DNA of 64,000 bases, taken from assembly GCA_016906335.1 (NCBI GenBank), contig JADEYG010000007.1:1302001-1366000 (forward strand), read 5' to 3'. A program made the position numbers and the translations under genes. Under the pieces are notes generated by a model that searched no databases, was not told the origin of the DNA, and worked only from the letters and a program-made list of their open reading frames with translations. Source of the stretch: Novakomyces olei (Eukaryota). This document shows, piece after piece, positions 1 through 15,122 of this stretch (position 1 is its first letter; each line of letters opens with the position of its first letter).

Positions 1-1007
1 TATAGTGTACATGTCTCTAATTTCATCAACGAGACCAGCCCGGATCATGGCGTCCACCCTATTATCCAGTCGAGCTTCCAACACTGCGGGATCTGAATAA
101 ACCCAAAAGATTAAAGTGGGATACCTGAATAAAGGCTCTGCCTGCCGCTGTTGTCTTTGCTCCATATAAACATCAGAAGCGCGCCGACCTGACTCAAGGT
201 ATATCTGTAAGCTTCGACGAATTTTTCGACGATCATTCGGGTGCCATTTACTGGCGACTACTGGATCAACTTGCCGTAGATGCTCGAGAAGTTGGCTTGT
301 AGGCCTCTCTAATAGTGACTCATCGTAATCTTTTGTCTCTCTTGACGAGCCAGCAATGAGCGAATTTTCAAATAAAAGGCTTTGTGTAAAGTAATGCGTG
401 CCACCGGCCAACACGGGAACTCTGCCCGATTCATGCAAATGAGATATCTGAACAATTAATATGAAATTGAACAGTGTGCTATAATTAAGCACAAAGCAAA
501 AGCTTTGTTGAAACAATGGCTTGAAGGACAAGGTTTGACCAAAACTAACAAAATTTGTTCGACCAAGTTATACGAAATGAACAAAAAAGATAAAAAAAAA
601 AAAAAAAAAACAAAACAAAAAAATTTGATCAACGTACAATGTTGTCAGCATCTTTTTTGAAATCACCAACTACGTATTTATTACGCTGCGCCAAATTTTG
701 AAACGACATCAAATGATGATAAACAGAACCCCTTTCTTCTTGTGAAACTTTGTTGGTTATAATATCAAGGCCCTTGTAGAATTGCATAGAGTCCCCATTG
801 ATAACATCGCCATCAAACGCCTTGGCCAATTCAATAGCGAGCTTTTATTAGTACGTCTCGTTTTGAAAGAAATACCTGGGACTTTCCGACTCCTGTTGTG
901 CCTTCATATTAGATATCTGAGAATTGAACCAAAAATTGAAGCAACGTGTGGATTTGCTTACCGACAACAGCAAAAACTGCGCGCCGTCGCATCAAGCAGG
1001 ATAGCAT
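1..1007 (-). CDS. MOD5: tRNA dimethylallyltransferase (IPP transferase), 5' part; runs off the window start; multi-exon
   Basis: Spliced translation [55 protein letters not shown] (P-loop plus DSMQ motif); downstream exon VPVLAGGTHYFTQSLLF. Confidence 0.93.
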
Positions 1008-1398
1008 GTATTTAATTCAAAATATGCCATTTCACAGCAAACGAATTGGATCAAGCGTGTTGAAATGTGCAAATTGCTGCTAATCTTTGAGCAGTTTATG
1101 CGCAAAATTAACATTTTTTATGAGTATAAAAGCACCACATTTATTATGTTTATTTGTTATGCGTATTATTTGATCATATTGATTGCTACGTATGATGACA
1201 CGTTTCACGCTGTAATAATTCTAGATTTCGCTATTTCGTATTTATTTTATTTTATTTAAATTTAATTTAATTATTCGTCTTTAATTTTCGTGACTGACAT
1301 GTACAGTACGACACGCGTACTCAAAGAGCACCCGTGACGTGTTTGAAGATATACAACGGCTTTGCGAAATGGTCTGATTGAGTTTCGCATACATAAAG

Positions 1399-1770
1399 AT
1401 GTCACACGGCCGGTTTGGCCGTAGTTCTAATCTGCGTGATCGCAGTATTCTGCCTATGCACAATACACCATCTCCTGCGCCAGGAATGGCTGACGAGCTA
1501 GAACGACAGAACGATGATAAACTCGAAGGTCTGAGTGCCAAGGTTCGGGCCATGAAAGATCTCAGTACATCGATTGGACACGAAATAACTTCTTCTAACA
1601 AGCTCCTTGAGGATATGGACAATGCTTTTCACTCTACGTCAGATTACCTGAAAGGCACGTATGGACGTATGATGAAAATGGCGAAAAGATCAGGAGTCGG
1701 CTGGTTCCATATATTTGTGTTTTTTGCTGCCGTATTTGGTTGCTTCTTCCTTTACTGGCTCATTAAATAA
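1399..1770 (+). CDS. BET1: Qc-SNARE, Bet1/Sft1 family
   Basis: ELERQNDDKLEGLSAKVRAMKDLS..IGHEI SNARE motif and C-terminal TM helix; first ATG at 1399. Confidence 0.85.
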   Translation: MSHGRFGRSSNLRDRSILPMHNTPSPAPGMADELERQNDDKLEGLSAKVRAMKDLSTSIGHEITSSNKLLEDMDNAFHSTSDYLKGTYGRMMKMAKRSGVGWFHIFVFFAAVFGCFFLYWLIK

Positions 1771-2021
1771 TGGAATGGCTCTTGTGGGTGTATATTGTTT
1801 GCGGCGAGATAAACATAATAGAACGATTGTTCAATTTAGACTAAATTGTCTTTGACCTCTACAAACTATACCCATACACCTCCTTTAAATTCACATCCTC
1901 CCGTGTTTTTCCACCCCCTGCATTTCATGTCGACCAGTTAATCCTCTACTCTATCCCATAATCTGTCATCGTGTGCCTGAGTTTCCCTTCAGCAGGCTCT
2001 CGTCAGCAGGCTCTTCGCTCT

Positions 2022-3373
2022 TCATAATGAGGGCAGCGCTTCAACTTCTGATATTAAAAATGCCCTCTCATCGTGGAAACGATCATCGTCTGTACATCAG
2101 CAACCGATTTTCATAAATGGTTATATTACCGCTGCGATCGACTTGAAAGTCGGAGAGAAACGAGATGAGTTTTGCCTTGTTTTTCATCAAGATGTTTTCA
2201 ACGGCCGGCGACTTTTTTGGATTGGCCACAAAGATCTAAAGATGTTTAGAACAAATTGGCATGCAGAAAAGGTGTCAGAATCACTACCTTGAACACATGA
2301 AACGATTCATATTGGATGTTTCGACTTTTGTCCCGTAGCAGATTCATAATGATTTTGAGATTGTCTGCACTTGAAACGAAGCGTGTCATGGCATTGTAAT
2401 TCGTGCGATCAAGCAAAAGCTCGCTCAGTAATTTGAGAGACTGCCTCCGTGTAACATAATTCTCAGAATGAAGCAGTTCCATATATCGCGTGAAAAACTT
2501 GATGAAACGTTATTATATAATAAACAATCCACCTACCTGGTCATAATTGGAATCGAGAAATTCGCAAAACAGTGATTTGTGAGAAGTCAATAGTTCCTGA
2601 TGAAAAGTCAGTATGATAATCAATTCTGAAAATGTATACCTTGAATGTTTGAAATGCGTCACTGGCAACGTCAAACACATCGGCGTCAACGTATCGGAAA
2701 AAGAGCCAAAAACTTGGGCTGTATAGAATAATCCGAGCCAATGGCTCATGCCGTATGCATTCGCGCACAATTTGGCCGTAAATAAGAGCAACGTCATGGT
2801 GCTCGTAACTTGAAGAATATTAATTTATTATTTTCCAATTTAGTTTGCATATACCCTTGAACAAGATGATAAAGGACTTCTTTGTGCTTTGATAAGTATT
2901 CTACAGTCGGGTGCCCTGAAAAGGTAGATCTCCGTAGCATCCCGGAATAATACACTGCTACAATTTTACGAGACTTGATGAATTAGTCACATTTCGTACA
3001 AAACGAACGAGTCTTACCTCGAATTCTAGTAAAGGCAGTTGAAGAGCAAGATCGCTGAGTACATTGCTAACAAAAGTAGCATTTGATAACTGTGACATTT
3101 GCTCTAACTTTTGAACACCGTCTAATTCTGTTAGAAAGTTAATTATAATACACACAAACCTTCACTTTGCAGAATTGCCTTTATGGATGTTAAAGCACGT
3201 AGTAACTCATCTTGTGTCTTTTACATTAGTTTTTGGTGCAATTTCGCGGAAAAAAAATCTCCAACGCGTACCTTGCGCACATCCGTATCTGTAGAAAGCT
3301 TATGGACGCATTCTTTGCACACTTTAACGAGCTCCTGTGGTGAACGCGTCTTTTTGAAAGACCAAAAGGACAT
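2022..3373 (-). CDS. HYM1: Mo25/Hym1/Pmo25 scaffold protein, multi-exon
   Basis: [71 protein letters not shown] are Mo25 signatures. Confidence 0.95.
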
Positions 3374-3412
3374 TGCTATTCGTATTGTTTAGTTCTCGAT
3401 GCACATATACAG

Positions 3413-3646
<234 letters not shown>

Positions 3647-3728
3647 AGGGAGCCATTGCCATTACGACTAATTTTTTATATACTTAATTCTAATGTAATG
3701 GGGATTCTAATCAAGCCTGTGTCACTCT

Positions 3729-4433
3729 TCACTTTTCATTCAAGAGTTCCTTTGTAGCCGCGTCTCGTTTAATAGCATTATCATGCGCAAGCTCTGTCTT
3801 TAGATCGGTCCATAATTTCTGCTCTTCATGCAATTTTCCATCGATGGATTTTAGATGTTGGCGAATAACCAAATTTTGGTGAACTTCTGCCGCCGAAGAC
3901 AAGATAAATCGACCCCAATCTGGGACTAAAGCATTGGCCTCAGACATGACATCGTCGACTTCTGCCTTCATCTCCATTTCAAGGGAAGTGAATTCGGCGA
4001 CCAATCCTTCACCTAACGACCCTAGATCTACAAGCCGATACAATGCCAATTTTTTCTTGTTCATGTCGATCAATCGCGCCACATCTTCTGCAGCTCGCTA
4101 CGAGATTAGCATAAACGTTTCGATTGCCCTCAATGTTGCATTCGATCATATTGTCTGGATTTTACAAAATAAAGAAGTTACCATTAACAAAGCCGATTTT
4201 AGAGTTTGCTCAGGGGGTGTTTGGTCCAAATGCAATAACGAAAGATACACGTCTCTGGCCGGACTCGCACCAAGCCAGCGCTCAATCTGGCTTTGATGTT
4301 CTGTTCATTTGTTTAATATTAAGCTTCAACCCTTAACCTTACGGAGCCTGCTGCGACGGTACACGTGCGAAAAAACGACAAGTGACCCGATCAAAATCGC
4401 AATATACGCTATCGGCGCATATATCGAAGCCAT
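3729..4433 (-). CDS. SEC66: Sec63-complex subunit Sec66/Sec71, 3 exons
   Basis: MASIYAPIAYIAILIGSLVVFSHVYRR (TM); RDVYLSLLH..LKSALLM-RAAEDVARL; EVDDVMSEANALVPDWG. Confidence 0.88.
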
Positions 4434-4802
4434 TGAGGCCGTCTGACTCTATGTCGATCGACTAGTCGTCTGTATTATTTGTGGGCACGTTGCAAATATG
4501 TCGACAAGTGTCATATATTAAATGTATATTAAATGTACATTATGTGTATGTATACGTATGCTATACGAATATTAAATGTATATTATACCCATTTTATACC
4601 CATATTATACGTATACTATACGTATATTGCACTTACGTGTAGCGAAGGTTAAATTAAGGTTAGATGCGATATAGACGTGTCCGCGTATAGGATAACCAAT
4701 GTTTTAATAATAATAATAATTCTACGCGTCCGATGCTAGACGGCCCTGGCAATATGGACATAAGCCGACGTGATTAGTCTGACGGTCAAAAATGGAGACA
4801 AT

Positions 4803-6950
4803 ATGATCGACTGTAGGTAATTTGAATGCGGTATTAGCTGACCAGAGGATAGATCACGCAACTGTGTTGCGCGAGATTGTAATTCGCGCGCACGATGAGA
4901 ACGAGCCTCTGTCGCTTGTGAACCTGCAAAACTCGTTGAATCGCGCCTTTAGGACTTTAGACTTGTCTGAGCGAGACAAGGATGAACTTTTTATTACAAT
5001 ATCTGCTCTTAAAAATGTCAAGGGCGAGTCCTGGGGTCAGCGGCTGCAGAACTATTGGGATGTATGATTTAATTTGTGTCTTTGTATAGTCTAATTTTAC
5101 AGGATCCGACTGCAGCAGATGGGGACAAGACTGTAAATTTTCCGCAGCCTATCACTGGCCGTCGTATATTTTATGCGGGACTAAAGTCGCCTATGCGCGC
5201 GTCAGATGAAAACAATAATCGTTCCAGGTTGAAGAACTTGGCCGATTCTATCTGCAAGACTCGCAACAGGGAATTGCTACAAAATTTTCTCGGCGTTTGG
5301 CGTGAAGCGAGCGCAAGTGCTCAAAGAAAACACAAAAGAATGCTTTTTACCGCAATTGCGCATGACAACAGGACATTAGTCTACCAAACGCTCTTTGATA
5401 TGCATTACGCAGTTGAAAAATCTCGCCGTCTTGATTTGATTGCGGATGAGCAGCGGTTAAAAGTCATGAATCTGCACTACGTGAATGCTTGGAGAATAGA
5501 ATTATTCGAGCGCAAAGTGCGCAACGTAGCTCTGCGTAGAACTATATATTGTTTTGTGAAGTGGCGAAAGCATTACAGAAAACTGCGAGAGCTGGACCGA
5601 AAAGTCTTGGAATTCGGTGAAAATCGAAATATTAAGCAGCTAGCAAACCTATTTTTGCACTGGCAAGGACTCGCTACCGATTTTTATGCTCATGGAAACA
5701 TGCTTAGACAGCAGTCAAACAGCTCGGCATTGGAAAGGTCGTTTTATAAATGGAGAAATTCCACTAATAGGCTACTACAAGACACGGAAATTATTCGAAT
5801 AAAAGTGGAAAAAGGTGTATGCGTTTACACTTTGCATGTATGGCGAATTAATGCATTGTGTCAAAAACAGATCTTGTCCAATCAATCTAAACAAGCGCAA
5901 AAGATTATTTATAACTGGCGACGTCCTCTAGACCTAATAAATACCGGTACTGAGGTTTATGAGAACGGGCTAGTGAGCAAGACTGTCTTAGCTTGGCGAA
6001 AGAACACGAGTATAATGCAGGCACAGAACAAGATCGAGAATATGCGTTTAAGCTCGTATTTTCATCAGTGGAGAATGCTATTAAACTCAGATACAAAACG
6101 TAAAAGCTCAATACTCGTATCTGCTTTGAACAATTGGCGAATGGCATTCACGAGCGTTTTTTGTTTAGAACAGGAGAGTGAAGGGTTCCTGCTTACTTCT
6201 GAATTGCAACAGGCGGCAAAACGTCTTAGAGTTTGGCAAGAAAGATTATCGGAGATACAAAGGCTCGAGCGAGTTGCCTGTGGTCGCGATTTACGGATTA
6301 TTTTTTGTATCATGGCTCGTGAAACAGATCTACGGCGGCATGAGAGAAACGACGAGCGGAAAGCAGACAATTTCTATAGACGATGCATGTCCAAAATGGC
6401 CAATCGATCTGTCAAACAGTGGCGAAGAGCCTTATCTACTGTAGTGGAAATGGAAAGAAAAGCTGAGGAGAATGATGTTGCTGCCACTGCACAGCCAGCA
6501 TTAAATTCATGGTGCTCTGTGCGGAAAATCGTCCTGGATAAAGCGGCATTGGCCAAAGCAACATATGAGAAGAAGCTAGCTAGTGGAGTATTAAAAGGCT
6601 TTTCTCACGTGCAAAGAGAAGCAGAAATGATACGATCCTCACTGAGCTCAACAGTGCGAGAGAAAAATATGATTTTAATTGAGAAGTATTTCAAACAGTG
6701 GCTTAGATGCAATATCCAGTATGCAGCGCCTCCGAAGAAGACTCTGCAGTATTGCACAGCAAGAGGCACTGATAAAGGTCAGACTCGGCACTTTTTACGG
6801 CGCTGGCGCAAAGCGTATAAGCTACGGCTTCAAACCTCTTTTTCCTTGGATTGGTCAGATGCATCGGCGCATATGAACTCGCAGAGTTTTGATGACGATG
6901 AACCAATCGGTAATTATCATTCGCCTCTAGTCAACAAATTTTTGGCGTGA
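4803..6950 (+). CDS. SFI1: Sfi1 spindle pole body half-bridge protein (centrin-binding repeats); start uncertain
   Basis: Long helical ORF with periodic F/LxxW(R/K) motifs (FLGVWR, FVKWR, FYKWR, YFHQWR, LNNWR, YFKQWL); two short 5' introns. Confidence 0.75.
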
Positions 6951-7314
6951 ATGGTTTTCGGCATGATATTGCACCGAAACTTTTATTCGAACGTTCTCTT
7001 AGAACATGTATATATACGATTATAGTAAACAAAATTGTCACCAAAAATAGGACTAGTACCAGATTTTGATGAGCATTTATAGTTGTTTGAAGCAGTCGTC
7101 CACAGAAGGACTTGTCTAACTTGCTTAATTCTTATAAAATGTTCTTTCTCAGAGCAAACTTGAACAAAAAGCTATACAGAACGCAAAGAAAATGCATACG
7201 ATGTGCATAGTATTGAAGCCGTAATGAGCAAAGGTTTGTAGAACATACAAGGCCCATAAGCACGAACTTGCGAGCGCCAAATATGGGGGGCATTCACCGG
7301 ACGATATTGTCTTG

Positions 7315-7328
7315 AACCTAACCCTAAC
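7315..7328 (+). promoter_or_regulatory. Telobox-like element AACCTAACCCTAAC upstream of RAV1
   Basis: About two TTAGGG-type units ~230 nt upstream of the ATG, just before a probable 5'UTR intron; function inferred. Confidence 0.4.
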
Positions 7329-7558
7329 ATCTCTTTATATTAGCACTTACGCGAATGCTCAAGTAATGGTAAGGAGAGGTCGAGTGCGATACCAAGTATC
7401 CAAGTAAATTAACGTTAAATCACTGCGAGCAAAACCACCGGCGCATAAATGATTAGCCATTTTGGCGTATTAAATGGCGCTCGTGGTTCGTTCATGATAG
7501 TCGGATCGGTCGGCTATGTGCTGACGCAAAAAATGCAGTAAAAGCCACGAAATTTCCA

Positions 7559-10500
7559 ATGCTGGAGAGGTTTGCCATTAGCCGATTGAGCATCGGCGTT
7601 AACCCTGTATCGAGCTGTCAAAACGCTCAATTATTTGTACGATAAGCAAAGATCTGCTGGATGATGTCAAAGTTGCTAATTTTGCAATAGACTTTAATTT
7701 CTGGAGACGAATGCTATATAATTGGATACGATGGTCAGCTTAAACAGATCTTGAAAGCTCCTAATACCATTTGCGCTACTTCGATTCAGCCTCTAAAGGC
7801 ATCTGTATGTTTTACACTCAATCCTATTGGACAGCGTTAATCTAACATCACGTTACACAATAGATTGCTATCGGTCATGGCAGCGTCATATCCATTTACG
7901 ACAAGCTGAAGCATGAAAGCCACGTAAGCTTTAACTTTGAGTCGAATTTTGCAGCTTACTTGATGGCTTAATTAGTGGGTCGAACGGTATCAGGTCCCCC
8001 TCGAGAATGGGCAAATACGGTGCTTGGACTGGATTCCAGGTGAGCTTTTAGTCGCGAATGATAAATTGTCCGTGCTCTCAGAAGACCGCTCGTTCTCCGA
8101 AACCTGGTGTCAATTGTATGCTAATCCGAACCCATACAAGAACATTTTCTGATCTAGCGCAGGCTTCCAAAACCCTGTGGGTATGCTGTATTCTCACCTG
8201 ATGGCGGGTATATGGCCACAGCGTCTGAGAACAGCTCTCTAGTCAAAGTTTGGCGACGAATACATAGCAATACCCATCAAGTGGGGGCGGATTTCGAGTA
8301 TTTGAGTTTTGATAATTTTGTGAATGGGCTGGAATGGCGTCAGCCTCACCATCCTGAATGGTACGGTACAATGAAATCTTATATCCAAAATTCCTTTAAC
8401 GCCATTAGGGTCACAAAGGCTATTCTTTACGTTCGAACATTGGATAATGATCTCATTGCTTTTGGGGCGGATGAGATATTCAATGATACAAGACAGGAAA
8501 CACCATTTGTCGCGTCGGATCAGCACAACACTGCGCCACCATTAATTGTATCCGGATACGTTTTTACAAGAGCTCTTGCCAATATGGTACAGCGAGGTGT
8601 TATCCTCAAGCGGGACACACTTTTAGGGACCCTTGCGGATTTTGGTGGATCTGATTTTGATATTGTCTTTTCGCCAAAAGGAAAGGACCTTGTGTCCGTT
8701 ATGTGCATAGAGGTGAGCCAATATTGGATTTGTTTGTTCCAAATCTAATTGTGTATCTAATTGGGCTTTCGACTCGCATAGTCTTTTTTTAATAATCATT
8801 TCTACAATAAAATGTGTTTAATATGTCAAAACTTTGTTTGTTGAGAGGCATTGGGACCATTCTTCGTTTTTTGTTTTCCTTTCTGTGTAGTAAAAAGCGC
8901 ATTCTATTTCATCTAAGTTTAAGACCAAGTTTGTGTCTGCGTTTTCCTAGTCTGATACGCCACGTGAGCTAACAAATATAGTCAGTACAGCACTCTGATT
9001 CTATGAGAAAAACTAATTTGTGTTTTGAGAAACCGCTGAAAGAGTCTATGGCCATTGAGCTTCTCTCTTCTTATAGCAAAGCATTTGTATTCTCATGTGA
9101 TAACCAACACTCAGCACAGGACATCCGACTATTGTTTCTCGCGGTGGACGGCAGTGTGCGCGTAGGCGGCACAGGTTTAGATGGCTTGATGAGCCCTAAG
9201 CCAAAACTGAGGGTTCAAGGGCTTTTGGAGTTGTGCCATAAACACACTCTGCCCGTCAAAGCATTGCAGAGAAATACAAGCGGAAAGCTTTGGACGAGTT
9301 TCAATGACGAAGAGGTCATGTTTTGGTACTACAATGGACGAAGCAAAAGCCTACATATGATGGCACTTGTTCGGGCTCGTGCCGTTTACGCTTTTCATGC
9401 GATGCATGCGTCGTCAAAGAATCCGCCTTTTGGGCTAATTGTAACCGCAAGATCTGTGCTTCTCTACAATTCAAAAACTGGACGCCAAACAGATACGACG
9501 GATCACAGTTTTGAATGCGTTAGCACTGCTTTTATCTGGAGCGTGGATAGTTTAAATGGATCGCGACTAGTTCTAGTTAATTCCAATACTGGCTCTGTGA
9601 GCATTTGGCGGATTAAAGATGAAGCCATCCCACGGCTGGCGTTTGAAGTAAACGAAAAAATATCCTTTGGCCAGTCTCCTACGGTAATTACGCCGTGCGA
9701 TCCCATGGGCTGGGACAATTCACTAGCTACAAATCTCCGCCAGGAAATGTTTACCAGTATTGATGCTAATGGAGTCCTTAAAACTTGGTCAGTCGTGGTG
9801 CCGCAGGCTCAAAAAATACCAAAAACTGTTGAAGTTTCAGCTTTTGAGACTGGCATTAAATCCCCGTCTATGGTGCTGTCTACTACGTCAAAAAAGGTGG
9901 CTATCGGTAGGTGACAGTTTTTAGCAACTGTTTTTGCAATAACTGTATTATTTGTTTAATTTAATTTGTTTTGGTTTCATTGCGTCAACTGTTCGAGCTT
10001 CAACACGTGTGAATTCAATCTAACTATAACCAGTTGACAATTCTAGAACGGCACTTTCTATATACGACTCTAGAGCCTCAAAATTCTTTTTCCAAAGAGA
10101 GTTCAAGGTTCAATTCAACGGTGCTACTGGCCACATTCAAGATTTAGATTGGACGAGTTCAGACGAGCACCATCATTTATTATCAGTGGGCTTCCCGCAG
10201 TCGATTAAAGTCATATCGCGCCAAAGAGGCGGAGTTTATGACGAGCCGGTTTGGGTTCAGATTCGTGAACTCGATTTCTCAAAGTATGACCTAAAGCTAA
10301 TTTCGCGTATTCCATCATTCTTATACTTCTAGGATCACAGAGTCTAGCATATCTGATTCTATATGGTTGCATCGTGGGACACAATGCATTGCTTCCGGCA
10401 GGGAAGTTTATTTTGCCAGCCCAACTTTGAGTCTTAGCGAGCTCAATCGTCTACGATACCCAGATCCTGCTGAAGGATCTAAAAGAAGCGTTTTGGATAT

Positions 10501-12439
10501 TGTCAGAGAGTTGAATGCTCCCTTACCCGTATATCACCCTCAGTTTATCGCGCAGCTATACCTGGCGGGTAAGTTTTAGTGGGTCTACCGAGTGACTGAT
10601 GAAATTGCAGATGAGTACCAAATACTTCGGCAATTGGCTTCAGAATTTTCTGCTCGTCTTAAGGGAGGCGCAAAGATTACCTCCGATCTCGACATTGACT
10701 ATAGTATTTTCTACAAAAAGGTACGGCAAGGTATCCGTTTAATAGTGTTCGTTGTCACTAACTTCAGGCTCTGGATAGTGCTGCTCCCGCCATCGGCCCC
10801 AACGGTCCGCCAATGGATGCAGCCGATAATTTCGGGCAAGAGATTGATTATATTTCAACACAGTGCAAAACTCGGCAAATACCCTATTTGTCACGGCAAG
10901 ATCAAACTTATCTGACCTACACGTTGGAGTGCTTAAAGGAGGTATTGACACAAAATGATTTAATTTCAAGTGCTGACGGCGCCAAGGTTTTCATGCTGAG
11001 ACAGTCTCTGGACGCCAATTCGTGCAGGTACTTTGTTGCGCTTAAAATAGCCGCCGCACGATCTCATTTCAGTGACAAACGATTTTTCCTGAAATCCCGA
11101 GATTTGCTATGGTCCTATCATAGTTCTACACAGGTATAAGCAATTACACTGAATGAAAGCTTTATGTATACTAATATGTGCGAGGACGTTTTGATTGATT
11201 CTGTGTTCAAAGTCATTGGCCCTTCTGCTCTCTGGGATCAAGTAAGAGGCACAAGAGTTGCTTTATTTCTCAGAGAACAAAAGGCAGTAGTCGATATTGT
11301 CGAGAGATTAGGCCGGAACCATTTCAGCTCTCAAGAGCTTAAAGATCCTACAGATTGCTCTTTGTTTTACTTCGCCCTGAGGAAGAAAGATGTTGTAGAG
11401 AAGCTATGGCGAGTATGTGGATCGCATCCTGAAAAGCTTCAAACGGAACGATTCCTGCAGAATGATTTTACAAGTCAGAGATGGAAAACTGCAGCCTTAA
11501 AAAATGCATTCGCGCTCCTTGGGAAAAGAAGATTCGGTATTGTTAAAAGTCCTTTTTAATTTATGATTCCATCCTTTACGCTTTCCGTTGTGATTATGAC
11601 TATGCTTGTATTGTATGCTTTCTTTCATACACACATATATATACGCCGATGCCCGTCTTTTACTCATTTACGTATTCATTCTATCGACATTGCGCTCTTT
11701 ATTTTAATTTATTTTTGAATTTGTACTTTTTTTATCCGTTTGTTGCTTACTAAATTCAACAGCATATGCCGCTGCGTTCTTCCTGCTCGGCGATTCACCA
11801 CGGGACGCAATTACCGTGTGCCTAAAAAATATGCGCGATATCGATCTGGCTATATTGATTTCCCGTACATACTGTGGGGACGAGAGTCCAATAACTCACG
11901 AACTGTTTTATAATGAAATCCTGCCCGAGTCCGCACGCCATTTGGATCGGTGGCTCGTGTCCTGGGCTTTTTGGTTTCTGGGCAAAAGAGACAAAGCCGT
12001 GCGTGCTATAATTTCACCACTAGAGACACTCGTGTCTACCAGCCGGCACAGGGACGTCATTGACTCAGAGAGTGCAGATCCTTCATTGATTGTTTTATAC
12101 TTTTCCCTCCGAGACAAATCACTGCAGACCATCAAGGGAGCTCTTCAAATCGATCCTCAGCTAGAATTCGACTTTGTACTGCACTGCGCCAGAATGTATA
12201 CTAGAATGGGATGCTCTCTTTTAGCCTTGCGACTAGTGGCTAATTGGACGTTTACCAGAGAAGCCGAGAATCCGTTCTTGCCCGAGTCTGGTTCTACAAG
12301 GCGCATGCGCCGTCGCAGTAGTATAGTAATTGCCGATATTCCAAAGGAATCTCTTGACGATCGAAAGATCAACACGGCCAAATTGAAACCTGTCTCTGAC
12401 GTTCCGCCTGCGTTTGATATGTCGGCATTCGATTTTTGA
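7559..12439 (+). CDS. RAV1: RAVE complex subunit Rav1 (V-ATPase regulator), many exons
   Basis: LPVYHPQFIAQL; DPTDCSLFYFALRKK; RWKTAALKNAFALLGKRRF-YAAAFFLLGD; LHCARMYTRMGCSLLAL (Rav1p_C); WD-like N-terminus. Confidence 0.93.
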
Positions 12440-12677
12440 GGCAAGAAATAATAGCTCTGAGCTTGATCAAATCCATGACTCAATGGAATGGTTTTTCGTC
12501 TTTTATAAATCAAATTTAACAGTTGAATTTTGTGAAATTGCATTCAGATTTGATCGTGTATCGAGTCGGCGATGTTGGCACGTGTATCTCCTGTCCTTTG
12601 ATTGATTTGGATCTATTCTGAACTTGTATATTGATCAGTTTTCTATTGGTTCATTGCTTTTTTATTATACTTTATAT

Positions 12678-14774
12678 TTACGCACGGCGTAAGAGACAAT
12701 AACTACCCATGACACGCTTTTCCTTAAAAATCGGAGCATAAAAGGCTCTGCCTAGTAATGGTGAAGCCTTAGCGTCTAGTATATCGAGGCATTGCACAGT
12801 CTCCCACTTTTCGCTTTTAAATAGTGTGATTTCAGGATCGGATTCTTGATCATCCGCAAACTTGGAAGTAACAAAATAATCACAATTCTCTAATGATGTC
12901 TGCATCCATCAGCAATCGGTTAAATCAGAGTAAATAATATAAGTAATTAAATAATCAAATGAATAAATAGATATTTCCAGCTGATTGTCCAACTTACATA
13001 ATGTGCCTCTTCTTCCAAATTCAAATCGTTCATGTGCTCTGGTATTTCAAACATTCCTTTCCGCCAACTATTCCAAGAGTTCGACTGTCGATCAAACTGC
13101 CCAGGTAATATTCCCGTAAACCCACTTTTAACAAATCCGACTTCGGTGTCGCCGGGAAGAAAATACGATGAAGGGAACCTGTACCAGTCGCGACCAAAGC
13201 AAACGGTCTTGCCCGGATTATTTGCAAATTCTTGTTGGTTTTGGATAAACAAATTAATGGGCGCAGAAAAATTTACACTTATCGCAGATATTCTCATGAG
13301 TGATAAGACTGCAAACACTATCACGGAAAACCTTATAAGAGCCTTGCTGACCATTCCAATTATTCGTTTTTCTCCAAAAACTGTAGACGTCAAGGCCTCG
13401 GCTGTAGTGAGAGTAATAGCGGCACAGAAAGAAAGGCAGGAATATGCCGGGAACATAAATCTCTCTTCCTTATGAGGCTGTAACGAGAAAATCACAAACC
13501 ACGAGTAAAACGGGATTGTAAACGTGAGAGATCTTTTCCAGCTATCTCCGTGCTGCCTAGCAATAACTCCATATAAAATCTGAATGTTAGCAAACATGTA
13601 TCAGTGGTTTGACAAATGCATTGTTGATTGCTTGATTTATATTTTGGATTATTGATCAATTGTAGCCATACCAAAATAGGACCCGAGACGTACGCCAATA
13701 TGGAGGCAATATTGAAATTGAGAAACAAATTCTGAATATAATAATACCATGGTTCGACTCCGTAGAGGTCCGGCCCCCTTCCCTTGCTTGCAAATACATT
13801 GTATTTAACAATGTTTAAAGAAACATTAACGAATTTTCTATAGGCCAAAGAGTCAATTGCGGTCACGATAGCCTTCAATCAGTAAGAATTAAACAACAAG
13901 GCTTTACCAAAATGAGTATACAATACGTTGCTCCGTGATACATTCGCCGAACTGCCTGGAAAATTGAACCAAATAACAAAAATTCTTCAATAAACAGGCT
14001 CGAGGAGAGCACAAGGCTGAAAGGCCATCCGAGAACCCCGCCAAGGCAAAAATACGACATTGCCCGAGCAGTTCGTCTAATAGACGTTGATGATATTTGC
14101 TGTGCAATCCCCAGTGTAGTAGTGTACAGGGTAAACGAAGAGGGTAAAAAGGCTAATATTGTTAATAAAAAGTACCAAAAGCCGAGTACCTGGAGCAGCG
14201 AAATACACGCCACTACTGAGACCGGAGATGATTAGTGTATAAACAGCCAGCTTTGGGCCATAGACGTGCAATATGGCTTTAAACAGCTGGGCCTCACATA
14301 GAGCGCAAACTATTGCTGAAATTACACGAATAGCGAAAAACTCTACGACCTAACGACGGTTAGACGCAAAATTTGAAATGCTCAAGACGATTGAATTCAT
14401 TAGAAAAAGAATAAAAAAGCATTTTTAATAAAAGAAATTGAAACAATGCAAGGGCAGACAATTTCCTACCTTGTTATGTCGCCAGGCTGTAATCAGACGA
14501 CCCGGAAGGGCGTAGAGTGCCACAAAAGCCCAGCTTCGAATTGCGTAGACTGGTGAATATTCCCATGTTTGAAGACCTCGGCCAAAGGAAAGATAATGAG
14601 CAGCCTCCCAAAAATTGAAGACTATTAAAGGTTAAGTTCAAGAGGTACACGGGCCTGATTACCTTCGTCGCAGTCCTGTATAATAGGCGCCAAAGCCGAG
14701 TATATCCGCCGAGCCAGTAAAAGCAGTAAGGCCAATCTTGTCAAGCTGAGTGCTCCACTGTGCGAAACGGCCAT
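12678..14774 (-). CDS. ALG9: Alpha-1,2-mannosyltransferase Alg9 (GT22), multi-exon
   Basis: IQDCDE-FNFWEAAHY; QTWEYSPVYAIRSWAF; AFLPSSF; GVEPWYYY; QPHKEERFMFPAY; DWYRFPSSYFLP. Confidence 0.96.
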
Positions 14775-14951
14775 TATGTCTGTCTTTGGTCCATCAATTG
14801 ACGGTATGAAAACTGCGTTTGCCTCGTGATACCATAATAGGCTTATCGTGGTTTTGGCGATGGTATTTATATATAGATCATGAAATAGCTGTATCGTCCG
14901 TCGTACTGCGATTGGAGGAGGACAATCAATAAATCTAATTTATGGTTTATG

Positions 14952-15071
<120 letters not shown>

Positions 15072-15122
15072 GAAAATCAAAAGAAAAAAAAAATTAAAAA
15101 TAAAACGGCCGCCATACATAGT

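Noticed and set aside
4556-4569. loxP-like GTATGCTATACGAA
   Set aside because: Partial match inside a degenerate TATA-rich ~11-12-nt repeat; the second inverted arm is absent
7315-7328. Telomerase RNA template (CUAACCCUAAC)
   Set aside because: Only ~600 nt between SFI1 and RAV1, and no recognisable pseudoknot or CR4/5; the position fits a promoter telobox
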